Assembly: GCA_963662465.1 (NCBI GenBank)
Contig: OY759599.1
Span: forward strand, 416,001-480,000
Reading direction: 5' to 3'
Length of the DNA stretch: 64,000 nucleotides
Origin: Desulfatiglandales bacterium
Lineage (GTDB): Bacteria > Desulfobacterota > DSM-4660 > Desulfatiglandales > Desulfatiglandaceae
Shown here: piece by piece, positions 32,520 to 41,921 of the stretch
How the letters are laid out: each line of letters opens with the position of its first letter
Position numbering within the stretch: the first letter of the stretch is position 1
Position numbers and translations under genes: made by a program
Notes under the pieces: generated by a model
The model's input: only the letters and a program-made list of their open reading frames with translations
What the model was told of the DNA's origin: nothing
Databases searched by the model: none

Positions 32520-32697
32520 AAAGACCTCCATCAATAATGGGTTTATATTCAGGTCTTATTTTAGGTCTTTTTCCAAGCCACTTCAAGAGAAAACTTTTGC
32601 CATAGCACTATGCACAAAAGGAACCTATATGGCTGCTGAAGAAATATTTTACTGCGAAAACATAATTGATCACAACCCCAACCCGAGGTGAGCTGGG

Positions 32698-34963
32698 GCC
32701 GGGTAGCCGGGGGGTGTTACCACCCCCGAGCCCCTTCAGAACCACGCATGAGACTTTCACCTCACACGGCTCAAGCGTCTCTGAAGGCAGCCCTGGTGGA
32801 GCGGCCCGGCTGTTCGTCTCCTATGTGGCCATCATCGCCCGATATTCCCGGGCTGACAGGGCCGGTAAAAGCTTGCTTTCCCTGTTATGCCGGCGGCGCC
32901 AAAAATAAGCGGCGTAGTCCGGATCATAGGGGTTGGCAGCGGCTTTGATCTTCACGTGCCTTCGGATTCCAATTGTGCTGATTCTCAGGAGTTTGTAAAG
33001 CTTTTTACCTCCTGTTATGGTCTTCGCCCATACGGCACAGACGTTCTTTCCGGCGGCTGACCAGTAATTTTGGATAAGCCATTGCACGGATTTGTTCGGG
33101 TGCCGTCGGCGCAGCATGCATCGAATCTGGTCAAAGACGTACGTGTCGATACGACTGAAGGCTACCGATGCCACCACGTGGCGGTGGTAATTGGCCCAGC
33201 CTCGAAGCACCGAATTGAGCTTCTTGATCAGGGCAGGCATCGGGGCGGTGACGTATTTGCGAATCAGTTCCCTTACCTTTTGCATGAGGGTGTGAACTCC
33301 CGCATCGGATGGCGTGATGTGCAGTTTTCGGCCAAGCTTGCGAAAGGTTTGCCCGAGGAACGTGAATCCGTGTTTAATGTGCGTGATCAGGGTCTTTTCA
33401 ATTGAAAGCTCCAGGCCGCGCACGGCAAGGAAAGCTTCGACCACCGGCTGAATGACTTCTTTCAGGATCTTTTTGGATTTCCCGGTAATAATGAAGTCAT
33501 CCGCGTAGCGGACAAAATTGATACGGCGCCTTCGGGGGACTGCACTGTGGACGGCTTCCTCCAGCCCGTCAAGCACCATATTCGAAATGGTGGGACTGAT
33601 AATCCCACCTTGCGGAACTCCCTTGCGTGTCGGGTAGGTGACGCCGTTTTCCACATAACCCGACTTCAACCATTTATGAAGAACGACTTTGTCCACGGGA
33701 ATGTTTTGAAGTATCCAATCGAAAGAGATATTGTCAAAACACCCCTTGATGTCCCCCTCCAAAATCCATGGTGCCGAGTTGGGCTTTGACAGGGCATTAA
33801 AGGCGCAGGCCACGGCATCGGCACATGACCGGCCTTCCCGAAAACCATAGGAATTCCGATCCGCTGTTGTTTCGGCTACCGGCGCCAGGGCCAGTTTGTA
33901 CAGGGCCTGCTGCGCTCTGTCATACATGATGGGAATCGACAGGGGCCTCAATTTGCCGTTCTTCTTTTCGATATAAATCCTCCTCAATGGTTGAGGGTGA
34001 TAGCCACGTCGCCGCAGGCTGATAACAGCCCGCCATTTGGCTCGGGCGCCTCGCCACAGAACGCCGTTAATGCCGGGGGTCTTTTTCCCCTTATTGGAGG
34101 TCACCCGTTTTACAGCCAGTAGCTTGGCGTGGAACGAGTGGGTTAACAGATATTGTAAAGCACTTACTTTGTTCCACCTGTTTTCCTGAACAGCCTTTGC
34201 GATACGCACCTGCAGCCTTCTGACTTCCCGTCGGGCGTGTTCAAAATCAATTGAACTCCACTTGTCCGCGTCGTCTCCGAGTGCACCAGCCTGAACGGCC
34301 GTCATTCGCCCGTTTCACTGGCTGCCTTCTCTTCTTCAAAGGTTCTCCAGATGCTCTCGCAACGAGATACCTGTTGGACGTCTGCACGCTCATTCACCGG
34401 AGCGGAAGCCTGCCGGTTTTGGCGTTAAGCCATGTTTCATGCTCTATCTTTCGGCTTTCCCGAAAGCATTCGCTTCTTCCAACCTCTCTTTCCCGTCGCT
34501 CCATCGGCGTGCCTTACGGTTTGCGTGCCTGGAATTGCTCCAGGCGGAGGACGGGGTTACTACGTTCCGCATAGTTGATCCAATGGATGACTTAGGTGCG
34601 CCCTCTACGCCGGTGGTACGACGGTTCCGTGCAGGCAGTTGAGAGACCTGCAACCTGACCACATCCGCTGACACTGGGCAGCGGCATAAGACCTGTTAAT
34701 CCTCGTAGGCCTTTCGCTTGTGATCGACGCTGTAGACATTCAATTAATTTCACCATATCATCCGACCCTGGTCCTTAACCGGGGAGGATTCCCGGAGGGG
34801 TTCGCCTGTCACCATTTGAACCCGATTCGGTACGTTGTCCGCGGGGCTTCGCACCCCATCATCAGCGCGATGGTAGCACGCCCGCGTAGGGTCCGGCAGG
34901 AACATGCCGGGTACTACATGTAACTACATGAATACACTCAAACTATGCGACTTCGTGTCGCAC
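32698..34963 (-). mobile_element. Group II intron 4 (IIB/chloroplast-like), full length
   Basis: 5' GTGCGACACGAAG; domain V 32772-32739 with AGC triad; domain VI ending CTACCCGGC; removal restores R' GTTGTGC. Confidence 0.9.
32821..34305 (-). CDS. ltrA: Group II intron RT/maturase, no HNH endonuclease domain
   Basis: N-terminal W..I.F....V.RLQ.RIAKA, SYGFR, PQGGIISP, YADD, maturase LNSVLRGWANY. Confidence 0.95.
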   Translation of the reverse strand: MTAVQAGALGDDADKWSSIDFEHARREVRRLQVRIAKAVQENRWNKVSALQYLLTHSFHAKLLAVKRVTSNKGKKTPGINGVLWRGARAKWRAVISLRRRGYHPQPLRRIYIEKKNGKLRPLSIPIMYDRAQQALYKLALAPVAETTADRNSYGFREGRSCADAVACAFNALSKPNSAPWILEGDIKGCFDNISFDWILQNIPVDKVVLHKWLKSGYVENGVTYPTRKGVPQGGIISPTISNMVLDGLEEAVHSAVPRRRRINFVRYADDFIITGKSKKILKEVIQPVVEAFLAVRGLELSIEKTLITHIKHGFTFLGQTFRKLGRKLHITPSDAGVHTLMQKVRELIRKYVTAPMPALIKKLNSVLRGWANYHRHVVASVAFSRIDTYVFDQIRCMLRRRHPNKSVQWLIQNYWSAAGKNVCAVWAKTITGGKKLYKLLRISTIGIRRHVKIKAAANPYDPDYAAYFWRRRHNRESKLLPALSAREYRAMMAT

Positions 34964-35048
34964 CACAACGACAAGCTCACCAGCGCCTCCTCCGGCCCCC
35001 GCCGGGACCGCAGGACTATCAGGCGTCTGGTGCAGCGTTTGGTTCGGT
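34964..35048 (-). other. attC site E
   Basis: R'' ACCGAAC, L'' GCTGCACC, L' GGTGAGC, R' GTTGTG followed by intron 4. Confidence 0.9.
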
Positions 35049-35312
35049 TTTCTGCGTATTTCTAATTTGGTTTATCTTTTCTTGAACCCAAAGATTGACT
35101 AGGGTTTCTCCACTAACACCATGTTCTTGAGCTGTTTGCCTAATTATGGATGAAAATTCCTTGTCTATAGGATAGTACCTTTGCTCAGACTGGATATTGA
35201 CTGTGAATTCTGCAGCCCTCTGCTCTCCAAATTCAGAGGCATCATGCTCATCCCAAAATTCACCAATTTCTTGGTAGCTGTTAGCTTTTGAAACAGAGGA
35301 TTTATCTGGCAT
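35019..35312 (-). CDS. BrnA/CopG-like antitoxin
   Basis: EIGEFWDEHD...GVSGETLVNLW; overlaps brnT; stop lies inside attC E. Confidence 0.7.
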   Translation of the reverse strand: MPDKSSVSKANSYQEIGEFWDEHDASEFGEQRAAEFTVNIQSEQRYYPIDKEFSSIIRQTAQEHGVSGETLVNLWVQEKINQIRNTQKTEPNAAPDA

Positions 35313-35583
35313 ATTTATTCCTTTCTTTCTGTGTCATGTCTCTTGCTGAAACAATAATGGCACGTTTGTCCTGAGTGTACACAAAAAAGACGCTTAATAG
35401 ACGTTCTGCGTCAGTTTGGCCAAAAGCGGCAAAAACATCTTCGCCATATCGATGACCTGCCTCTTTATATTGAAATTTAGGCCGGTTTTCAAGTACCTCA
35501 ACAACTTCATTTTCTTTCACATCATGTTTCCATAGAAGTTTTTCGACAATGTCTTCAAGCCAGATTATTCTAGTGATTTCCAA
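35302..35583 (-). CDS. brnT: BrnT-family toxin
   Basis: KL..KH.V...E..EV...G.T...R.L.V.F...IVSARDM...ER..Y. Confidence 0.85.
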   Translation of the reverse strand: MEITRIIWLEDIVEKLLWKHDVKENEVVEVLENRPKFQYKEAGHRYGEDVFAAFGQTDAERLLSVFFVYTQDKRAIIVSARDMTQKERNKYAR

Positions 35584-35673
35584 AAGGTCTCCTAACTCTA
35601 AAGATAGTGAATAATCTATGTATAAAATACATTTTTAATGGGCTCATATATCATAGATAAAAGCGAAGGTGGC

Positions 35674-35733
35674 CTCCGTTTGCTGCTATGGAGCGTTAGC
35701 GGAATAGCCGTCAAATGCAAGGTATAGTTCAGA
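35674..35733 (-). other. Degenerate attC-like site F
   Basis: TCTGAAC-TATAC-CTTGCATT followed by GCTAT...ATAGC stem just after the 35761 stop; L'/R' arm not recognisable. Confidence 0.4.
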
Positions 35734-35760
35734 ATTACCCTGCAATAGGAACTATTTTGC

Positions 35761-36702
35761 TTACAGGTATCGCTGGGTAAGATACCGAATATAGTCCGGG
35801 TGTTCCGTTCGTAATTTATTTGCCAATTTAACAATTAGCTCCTGATATGTAAGCGAATGGAATTTAATACCATCGCTTTTTGTAACTTCGGTAAACTTGA
35901 GAACCTCATCCCGATGCTGTTTTCCCTGATCACCAAAAACGTCGTACCAAAGGTACAACAAACGGAAGCCAGCCTTTCCGAACTGCTTTTTTAGCCCAAG
36001 GATATGTTTCACAAGTTGGGCAGGGTGTAAATGAAGAAATTCATGATCATCGGGGGATATGCCCCCTGCGAAACGCAATAAGTTTGGAATGTCTGCCCAA
36101 GTATCATCGAGGCAAAGGTACTTTGCTTTGAGTCCGCCATGTTTATATACACCATATGCTTCAGAAAATTTGCATTCAATTGCGAACCTCTTAATTTTTG
36201 CTGATGGTGCATTGTGGATGACTACGTCAATATTTGGATGATAACCAAATTTGTCATTGATGGGATATTTTTCCTCAAAATATAAATTTCTTGATACCTG
36301 TGAACCCACACGGCAAAGGCCACACTGAGCTGCAATCACCGGAGTCGCGTTTATTGATTTCCAATATTGAAAAACATTGACCCCCAGCGCTGATGACGAA
36401 TGAACAGCCTGCATTTTGCCAGGAAATTCCGCTGCACCCAGTTCGCCACCATCCCCAGCCGCAAATGACTTTTGGACGTCAGCTAATAGTGGCTGAAAGA
36501 GGTTCTGATTCAACTCGCAAGTATAAGCAAGACGTCCTCGCTTGCCCTTGCTTCCGGTAAGCTTAATGCCGGAATTTATTGCCCATGCCGTTTGTTTCGA
36601 TAAGATGTACTCGTATCCGTTCATTATTTTCACCGACTCCGAACCAATGATTATACAGTTTTTTTTGTCATCAAATATCCGTTCCCGCATGTTATCCGAC
36701 AA
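35761..36702 (-). CDS. Putative PD-(D/E)XK restriction-endonuclease-like protein
   Basis: HSSSAL..N.F, FEEK, PNIDVV...IECKFSE, QLVKH motifs; low GC; start may be further downstream. Confidence 0.65.
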   Translation of the reverse strand: MSDNMRERIFDDKKNCIIIGSESVKIMNGYEYILSKQTAWAINSGIKLTGSKGKRGRLAYTCELNQNLFQPLLADVQKSFAAGDGGELGAAEFPGKMQAVHSSSALGVNVFQYWKSINATPVIAAQCGLCRVGSQVSRNLYFEEKYPINDKFGYHPNIDVVIHNAPSAKIKRFAIECKFSEAYGVYKHGGLKAKYLCLDDTWADIPNLLRFAGGISPDDHEFLHLHPAQLVKHILGLKKQFGKAGFRLLYLWYDVFGDQGKQHRDEVLKFTEVTKSDGIKFHSLTYQELIVKLANKLRTEHPDYIRYLTQRYL

Positions 36703-36827
36703 AATCGAACCAATCTCCCTCTGAAATCTATATTCTGTAAATTATTCGATGGAAAAACGCAAGGGCAATATTTTTATATTCTGCGAAATATTTAATTAGT
36801 GATTCTCATTAGGGACTTGGCTTTCGC

Positions 36828-36975
36828 TCTCGTTCATACGTTCTAATGTGGGAATAGTTTTGGGACGCTCCGCGTCCTGCGGCAAACTCGAAAAACACTT
36901 GTTTAAATTGGGTATATTCATGATTTAGGACACAGATCGTTCAGAGGTGGGTTCCAACATAGAGCATTTGAACAG
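36828..36975. repeat. Degenerate REP-like palindrome doublet
   Basis: Decayed version of 37261-37398 (ctcgttcatacg...gtgggaa; ggacgctccgcgtcc; gttccaacatagagcatttgaac). Confidence 0.55.
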
Positions 36976-37089
36976 GATATGGAGATCGTAATTCCAAAAT
37001 GAGAATTGCTAATGTCCGGTTTTTTCTCTGAGGCTCATTATGATTTGCCGGTTGAAAGCCGGCATGAAATTATTATTGACAAAGATAAA

Positions 37090-37105
37090 TGGCATGGCGT
37101 ATGCA
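37090..37105 (+). promoter_or_regulatory. Possible sigma-54 promoter of a disrupted gene
   Basis: TGGCATGGCGTATGCA (GG-N10-GC), followed by AGGAGG and ATG at 37159. Confidence 0.45.
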
Positions 37106-37175
37106 TTCCGTATATTGTGCGTATTTGTAATATTGAACATCTAATAGGAGGGCATATCATGATTCCAGTTCCGAC

Positions 37176-37202
37176 AGAATCAATTATAAATTGCGGCAAT
37201 TC
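37176..37202. repeat. 27-bp direct repeat, copy 1
   Basis: AGAATCAATTATAAATTGCGGCAATTC, identical at 41895..41921. Confidence 0.9.
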
Positions 37203-37260
37203 CGGCATCCTTCAAGAAGACTGTGAAGTAGTTTACACTTTCTTGTTACGCTTGGGGCTC

Positions 37261-37398
37261 CTCGTTCCCACGCTCTGCGTGGGAACGCACTTTGGACGCT
37301 CTGCGTCCATCAATCATTATGGGCAATAATAAAAGTCCTTTGCAAGGGCAAGGACGCAGAGCGTCAGGGACAATGTTCCCACGCAGAGCGTAGGAACG
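37261..37398. repeat. REP-like palindrome doublet CTCGTTCCCACGCTCTGCGTGGGAACG
   Basis: Inverted pair of hairpins with inner GGACGCTCTGCGTCC / GGACGCAGAGCGTC. Confidence 0.85.
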
Positions 37399-39301
37399 GT
37401 GCGCCTGTGAAGGCGCTTTATCAGTGCGGTGAAAGTCCGTACCGGAGTATGCCATAGCTCCGTAGCCGAAGGTAACTGCGTCGCCGCGAGGCGGGGTGGA
37501 GAGCAACCGGAGGCGAAAAGTCAGTCCGTAGGATGACGAACCCGATTCGGTGTCATGTGGTGGCGAGCCTACCGTTCCATGGTGAAGCCTGAAACTCACA
37601 GACCACGCTGTAATGGCGGTTAAAGCGATGGTTTGACGGCATGGTATGTTTGGGGTCGGAATGACTGGAAGGTAAAGCGAGATAAGCAGGGAGACCTGTC
37701 TCTTGGGGTGACAGGAGGCAGGAGTCAGAGTCCTCATAGTACCGTAGCGACAGAACGGTCCTGCTAACAAGGCTTACGGCGTGAGACCAGTACCCGCCGC
37801 CTGCGTCGGATACCGGGTTGTGAAAAGCGCGGATAGCAAAACCGTGCCGAGGGAAGGAGGATAGGAAGATAGATACGGAAAGGTCATATAGATGCAGCTA
37901 AATCAAGCAGTCTCGGCAGTGTTGGAAACAACTAAACGCGAGGCAGAAACCCGATGGGATTGGGTGGAAGCATCGGTGTGGACGGAACGTATGTTGGCAG
38001 CCCTGGGTAACGGGGTGAAAGGTGGTAAATGGTACAGTTTGATGGATAAGGTGTTCGCCTTGTCGACGCTGGAAGCGGCTTGGGGACGTGTCAAAGCCAA
38101 TAAAGGAGCGGCAGGGATAGACCGTATCAGCATAAAGCGCTTTAAGGAGCAGGCGGAGAAATACCTTGCCGAACTGCATGAAACCTTGAAAGCGGGAACG
38201 TACCGACCGGAAGCGGTAAAACGGGTATACATTCCGAAAAGCGACGGCAAACAACGCCCGCTGGGGATACCCACGGTCAAAGACCGGGTAGTGCAGGCAG
38301 CGGTTAAAATGGTTATGGAGCCCATATTCGAGCATGAATTTCTGCCGATGAGTTACGGCTTCAGGCCGCAAAGAGGTTGCAAGGACGCGTTGCGAGAAGT
38401 AGACGCGCTTATTAAGGAAGGCTACACCTTCATACTGGACGCCGACCTGAAAAGTTACTTTGATACGATTCCGCACGATAAGCTGATGCAACAAGTCGAA
38501 ATGCGCATCAGCGACGGCAAATTGCTCAATCTGATTCAAATGTTCCTGAAACAGGACGTGATGGACGGCTTGGAAAGATGGACACCGACGGGTGGTTCGC
38601 CACAAGGGGCGGTAGTCAGCCCCTTGCTTGCGAATATTTACCTGCATCCTCTTGACAGCCTGATCGCGGAATCAGGTATGCGGATGGTGCGTTACGCGGA
38701 CGACTTTGTTATCCTCAGCCGCAGTCAAACGGAAGCGGAGAATGCTTTGCAAAAGGTACGGGAGTGGGTACAGGCTAATGACCTGAGCTTACACCCGGAC
38801 AAGACGCATCTTGGCGACTGTCGACAAAAGGGTCAGGGATTTGAATTCCTGGGATACCGGTTTGAGGCAGGAAAGCGCTGGATACGCAGTAAAAGCCGTA
38901 AAGCCCTTCGTGATAAAATCCGGGAAGAGACCCGGCGCAAACGTAGCGGAAGTATGGAAAGCATCATTGATGATCTGAACCCCATGCTCGAAGGCTGGTT
39001 TGGTTACTTCAAACACGCCTACCGCACTGAGTTTGCGGCGGTGGATAAGTTTGTCCGCCGACGCTTACGCGCCGTATTATTGCGTCGTAACAAACGCAAG
39101 GGCTGGGGCAAAAGCCTTGAAGTCCACCGCCGCTGGCCGAATGCCTACTTCGCGAAAATCGGGCTTTTCACTATGCATGAGGCCCGGTTAGCAGCGTGCC
39201 GATCCCGATGAGGAAACTATCGACCGGAGAGCCGTGTGCGGGAGAACCGCATGCACGGTTCGGAGGGAGGGGAGAGCCAAGAGGCTCTTTCCTACCCCTA
39301 T
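37399..39301 (+). mobile_element. Group II intron 5 (1903 nt)
   Basis: 5' GTGCGCC; domain V GAGCCGTGTGCGGGAGAACCGCATGCACGGTTC (39229-39261); 3' CCCCTAT; boundaries confirmed by second copy. Confidence 0.95.
37892..39211 (+). CDS. ltrA: Group II intron RT/maturase, no endonuclease domain
   Basis: NKGAAGID, RPLGIP, SYGFRP, PQGAVVSPLL, YADD, maturase LNPMLEGWFGYF. Confidence 0.95.
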   Translation: MQLNQAVSAVLETTKREAETRWDWVEASVWTERMLAALGNGVKGGKWYSLMDKVFALSTLEAAWGRVKANKGAAGIDRISIKRFKEQAEKYLAELHETLKAGTYRPEAVKRVYIPKSDGKQRPLGIPTVKDRVVQAAVKMVMEPIFEHEFLPMSYGFRPQRGCKDALREVDALIKEGYTFILDADLKSYFDTIPHDKLMQQVEMRISDGKLLNLIQMFLKQDVMDGLERWTPTGGSPQGAVVSPLLANIYLHPLDSLIAESGMRMVRYADDFVILSRSQTEAENALQKVREWVQANDLSLHPDKTHLGDCRQKGQGFEFLGYRFEAGKRWIRSKSRKALRDKIREETRRKRSGSMESIIDDLNPMLEGWFGYFKHAYRTEFAAVDKFVRRRLRAVLLRRNKRKGWGKSLEVHRRWPNAYFAKIGLFTMHEARLAACRSR

Positions 39302-39353
39302 AGCCCACAAAAAAATCAAAGTGTAAACTACAAAATGAAGGATGTCGCAATTC

Positions 39354-39857
39354 TTATTCGGCAACGTCATGCTGACAGACGCGACATTTCCGTGAACCTC
39401 TGAATAGCGGTTCGCCGCAGGAAGGGCAGTGGTATCGTTCGCATTCAGCCCGTGCCCATTCCACACTCCCTTTTTGCTCCCCATATTCAGCCACTTTGGC
39501 GCGCCATAAGGGAATTGCCCGCTTTGCAACCCTTACGCCTATGGCATATCCAAAATTTTCCACCAGCGTACATGGCCATTCATCACATTGATGGCAGGAA
39601 TAGTAACCTTTTGATTTTACGCAACTTCTTATTTTGCACTGTTGACAATATCTATAACGCTTTTTCGGAGGGTCCGGTTGCATGCATCCATAGCATTCTG
39701 TTTCTTCAGGTCTGGTTCCGTAAACGCTACCCATGACGGCCTTTAATTTTTCATTTTTGTCTCTTGTCGCAATGTAGATGCCGCACGCACCGCAATAAAG
39801 CCCGCATGGCGCCATTAAATCTCTATTTTGGATCTCTTTTTCAGTCCATCCTTTCAT
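39354..39857 (-). CDS. Cys-rich DUF3795-like protein
   Basis: APCGLYCGAC, CYGC, C.IRSC...C..C..WPC, C-terminal CPSC...CRVC. Confidence 0.75.
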   Translation of the reverse strand: MKGWTEKEIQNRDLMAPCGLYCGACGIYIATRDKNEKLKAVMGSVYGTRPEETECYGCMQPDPPKKRYRYCQQCKIRSCVKSKGYYSCHQCDEWPCTLVENFGYAIGVRVAKRAIPLWRAKVAEYGEQKGSVEWARAECERYHCPSCGEPLFRGSRKCRVCQHDVAE

Positions 39858-40101
39858 GTCGTTATCCCCCTGTATTAAAGAAGCTTGCCATATGAATACT
39901 GATGATGTCTTTCACTGCTTGTGACTGAAAAAATGGTCGGCATTCCGTTGTTCCTGATTGTTCTTTTGTATATGGGATGACGGGAAATCTTTTTTGATAT
40001 TTTTCGGTCACAATTAGCACTATGATTTGGTCTTACTGGTGGAGAAAGGGTAGCATGGCAATATCGATAAGCAGAGACATTGGAAAAAATGGTTTGGGAA
40101 G

Positions 40102-40965
40102 GTGGATCAAATGGAAACAACGGTGGAGCAACTGGTGATTGAAGCGGTGGCGGGCAGTCGTGAATCCCTTGAAGAAATCATTCGGCGTATTCAAGGAAAG
40201 GTGTATGGTCTGGCGTTGCGAATGCTGTTCCATCCGGCGGATGCCGAGGATGCAACCCAGGAAATTCTGATCAAGGTGATTACCCATCTCAAAAGTTTTC
40301 GCTTTGAAGGACCCTTCAACGCCTGGGCCATGAAAATTGCGGCCAACCACCTTCGGTCCGTTCGCAGGGGGCGCGTGGAAAAAAAAGAATTTACCATGGA
40401 AAAGGCCCAAGGAATTATCGATCGCACCGAGGCCATGGGCTGGTTCTCCGATCTTCCGGAAGCGCCTGAGCCCTTGATGGAGGTGGAGATGCGGTCCGTC
40501 TGCACCCAGGCGTTGCTTCTAGCCCTGGATCGCGATCACCGGATGGCCTTTATTTTGGGGGTGGTCATGGATGTTACGAGCAGTGAAGGGGCATTTATCC
40601 TGAGCATTAACCCCGCTGCATACCGTAAGCGTCTTTCCCGCGCGCGCCACAGGGTCACTGATTTTCTGAGCAGAAATTGCGGACTGTTCGACGGCGCCAA
40701 TCCCTGTCGCTGTACCGCCGTTTTGAAAGGACACTTGAAACGAGGTTGGATTAATCCTCAAAAGCCTCTTTTTGCTGACGAAAACAGTGGTGATCTGGAA
40801 GGAAACGAGGTATTGGGCACTTATATGAAGGAGCTGGATGAACTGGGCCGGGTCTCCGCCCTTTACAAAGCCTCTGTTTTGGGTGAAGGGTCCTCCGACT
40901 TCTCGGGGCTGGTGAAGGAGTGGGTGGAAGCAGGAGAATATCGCGTTTTTTCCAAACTTCATTGA
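40102..40965 (+). CDS. ECF sigma-70 factor with C-terminal Cys-containing extension
   Basis: DAEDATQE region 2, F.AW..KIA.N, RKRLSRAR region 4, CGL....PCRC extension. Confidence 0.88.
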   Translation: MDQMETTVEQLVIEAVAGSRESLEEIIRRIQGKVYGLALRMLFHPADAEDATQEILIKVITHLKSFRFEGPFNAWAMKIAANHLRSVRRGRVEKKEFTMEKAQGIIDRTEAMGWFSDLPEAPEPLMEVEMRSVCTQALLLALDRDHRMAFILGVVMDVTSSEGAFILSINPAAYRKRLSRARHRVTDFLSRNCGLFDGANPCRCTAVLKGHLKRGWINPQKPLFADENSGDLEGNEVLGTYMKELDELGRVSALYKASVLGEGSSDFSGLVKEWVEAGEYRVFSKLH

Positions 40966-41030
40966 GATAGGGGTGATTTTCAGGAACTTGGCGGCCTCCC
41001 GGTGAGGCCGCACGATTATCTTTTTCCGCT

Positions 41031-41828
41031 CTACACCAGTTTGAGTTCTTTCAGGCCCTTTGTCATTAGTTCCGGCGGCGCCTTCAGGGACATTCCCTTG
41101 GCGCTTTTGATCTGCATGCCGCGCATCTTGAGATTTGTCAGGGTTTCCGTCATTTTCAGGGTCATGGCCATGGGATCCAGGATGGGTGCTCCTTCCAGTT
41201 CGAAAATACCTTTAACTGGAAAGATGGGGGAAATCAGGCCGCAGCCGGCGATGATGACTTCCGCCCCGTCGGCCAGACACTCCCGGGATATTTCCATGAA
41301 ATTATCGATAATTTGATTATAATTCCCCCCCATCAGATCCCCGATCATGCTTTCAAGGGGCAGGGTCATGGACCTTACCGGCTTATGTGAAACGGCGAAA
41401 GGCGCAAATCCCAGGTTGATCAGATGTTCGGTCATGAAAGATACCCACACCGGCTCGCTGGTCACCACGGCAAACTTCCGGCCCATCAGGGCGGCCATGT
41501 GCATGGTGGCTTCAGCGGCCCCCATCACGGGGATGGACAGCAGATTATTCCCCATTCGGACGCCGCAGTCAAAATAGCAGGCCCCGGATATCCCATCAAA
41601 CCCATCCTTTTCCGCCTTCAGCATGGCCTTGACGATTTCCACCTCATTGGGGCCCCTGAACCCCTCAAAGCTCATTAACGCCGGATCCTTGAGGCCTTCC
41701 GGGACATCCCGAATTACCACTTCCGTATTCTCATCTTTGGCGAGATTATAGCTTTGCATCAACAAATCATAATAGTTGCCGAAAACCGTCTCCGGCATGG
41801 AAATCGGTAATAACGCGCAAATTTTCAT
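41031..41828 (-). CDS. Asp/Glu/hydantoin racemase-family protein
   Basis: Two catalytic Cys (ACYFD, IAGCG), IPVMGAAE, GRKFAVVT. Confidence 0.85.
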   Translation of the reverse strand: MKICALLPISMPETVFGNYYDLLMQSYNLAKDENTEVVIRDVPEGLKDPALMSFEGFRGPNEVEIVKAMLKAEKDGFDGISGACYFDCGVRMGNNLLSIPVMGAAEATMHMAALMGRKFAVVTSEPVWVSFMTEHLINLGFAPFAVSHKPVRSMTLPLESMIGDLMGGNYNQIIDNFMEISRECLADGAEVIIAGCGLISPIFPVKGIFELEGAPILDPMAMTLKMTETLTNLKMRGMQIKSAKGMSLKAPPELMTKGLKELKLV

Positions 41829-41894
41829 GTGCTGCCTCCCTTTTTCACAGGTTTTATTCCGTTATTGTTTTACAGCCTAAGCAGAAAAGACTCA

Positions 41895-41921
41895 AGAATC
41901 AATTATAAATTGCGGCAATTC
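41895..41921. repeat. 27-bp direct repeat, copy 2
   Basis: Identical to 37176..37202. Confidence 0.9.

Larger units (their letters stand above)
37204..39346. mobile_element. MITE-like element carrying a REP doublet, with nested group II intron 5
   Basis: TIR GGCATCCTTCA / TGAAGGATGTC plus sub-terminal perfect IR GTAGTTTACACTTT / AAAGTGTAAACTAC; flanks GCAATTCC / GCAATTCT (7/8 TSD). Confidence 0.7.

Noticed and set aside
25433..35048. Recurring ~85-bp repeats as a CRISPR array
   Set aside because: Repeats are separated by kilobase gene cassettes and have R/L box structure; no cas genes. Interpreted as attC.
35042..35048. R'' of attC E (complement GTTCGGT) equals the reconstructed R' of attC A
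   Set aside because: The final T comes from intron 1, so the match may be coincidental; it cannot support a rearrangement claim.
37176..37203. 28-bp repeat as a dif/pdif site
   Set aside because: Length fits but there is no XerD-arm consensus (TTATGTTAAAT-like).
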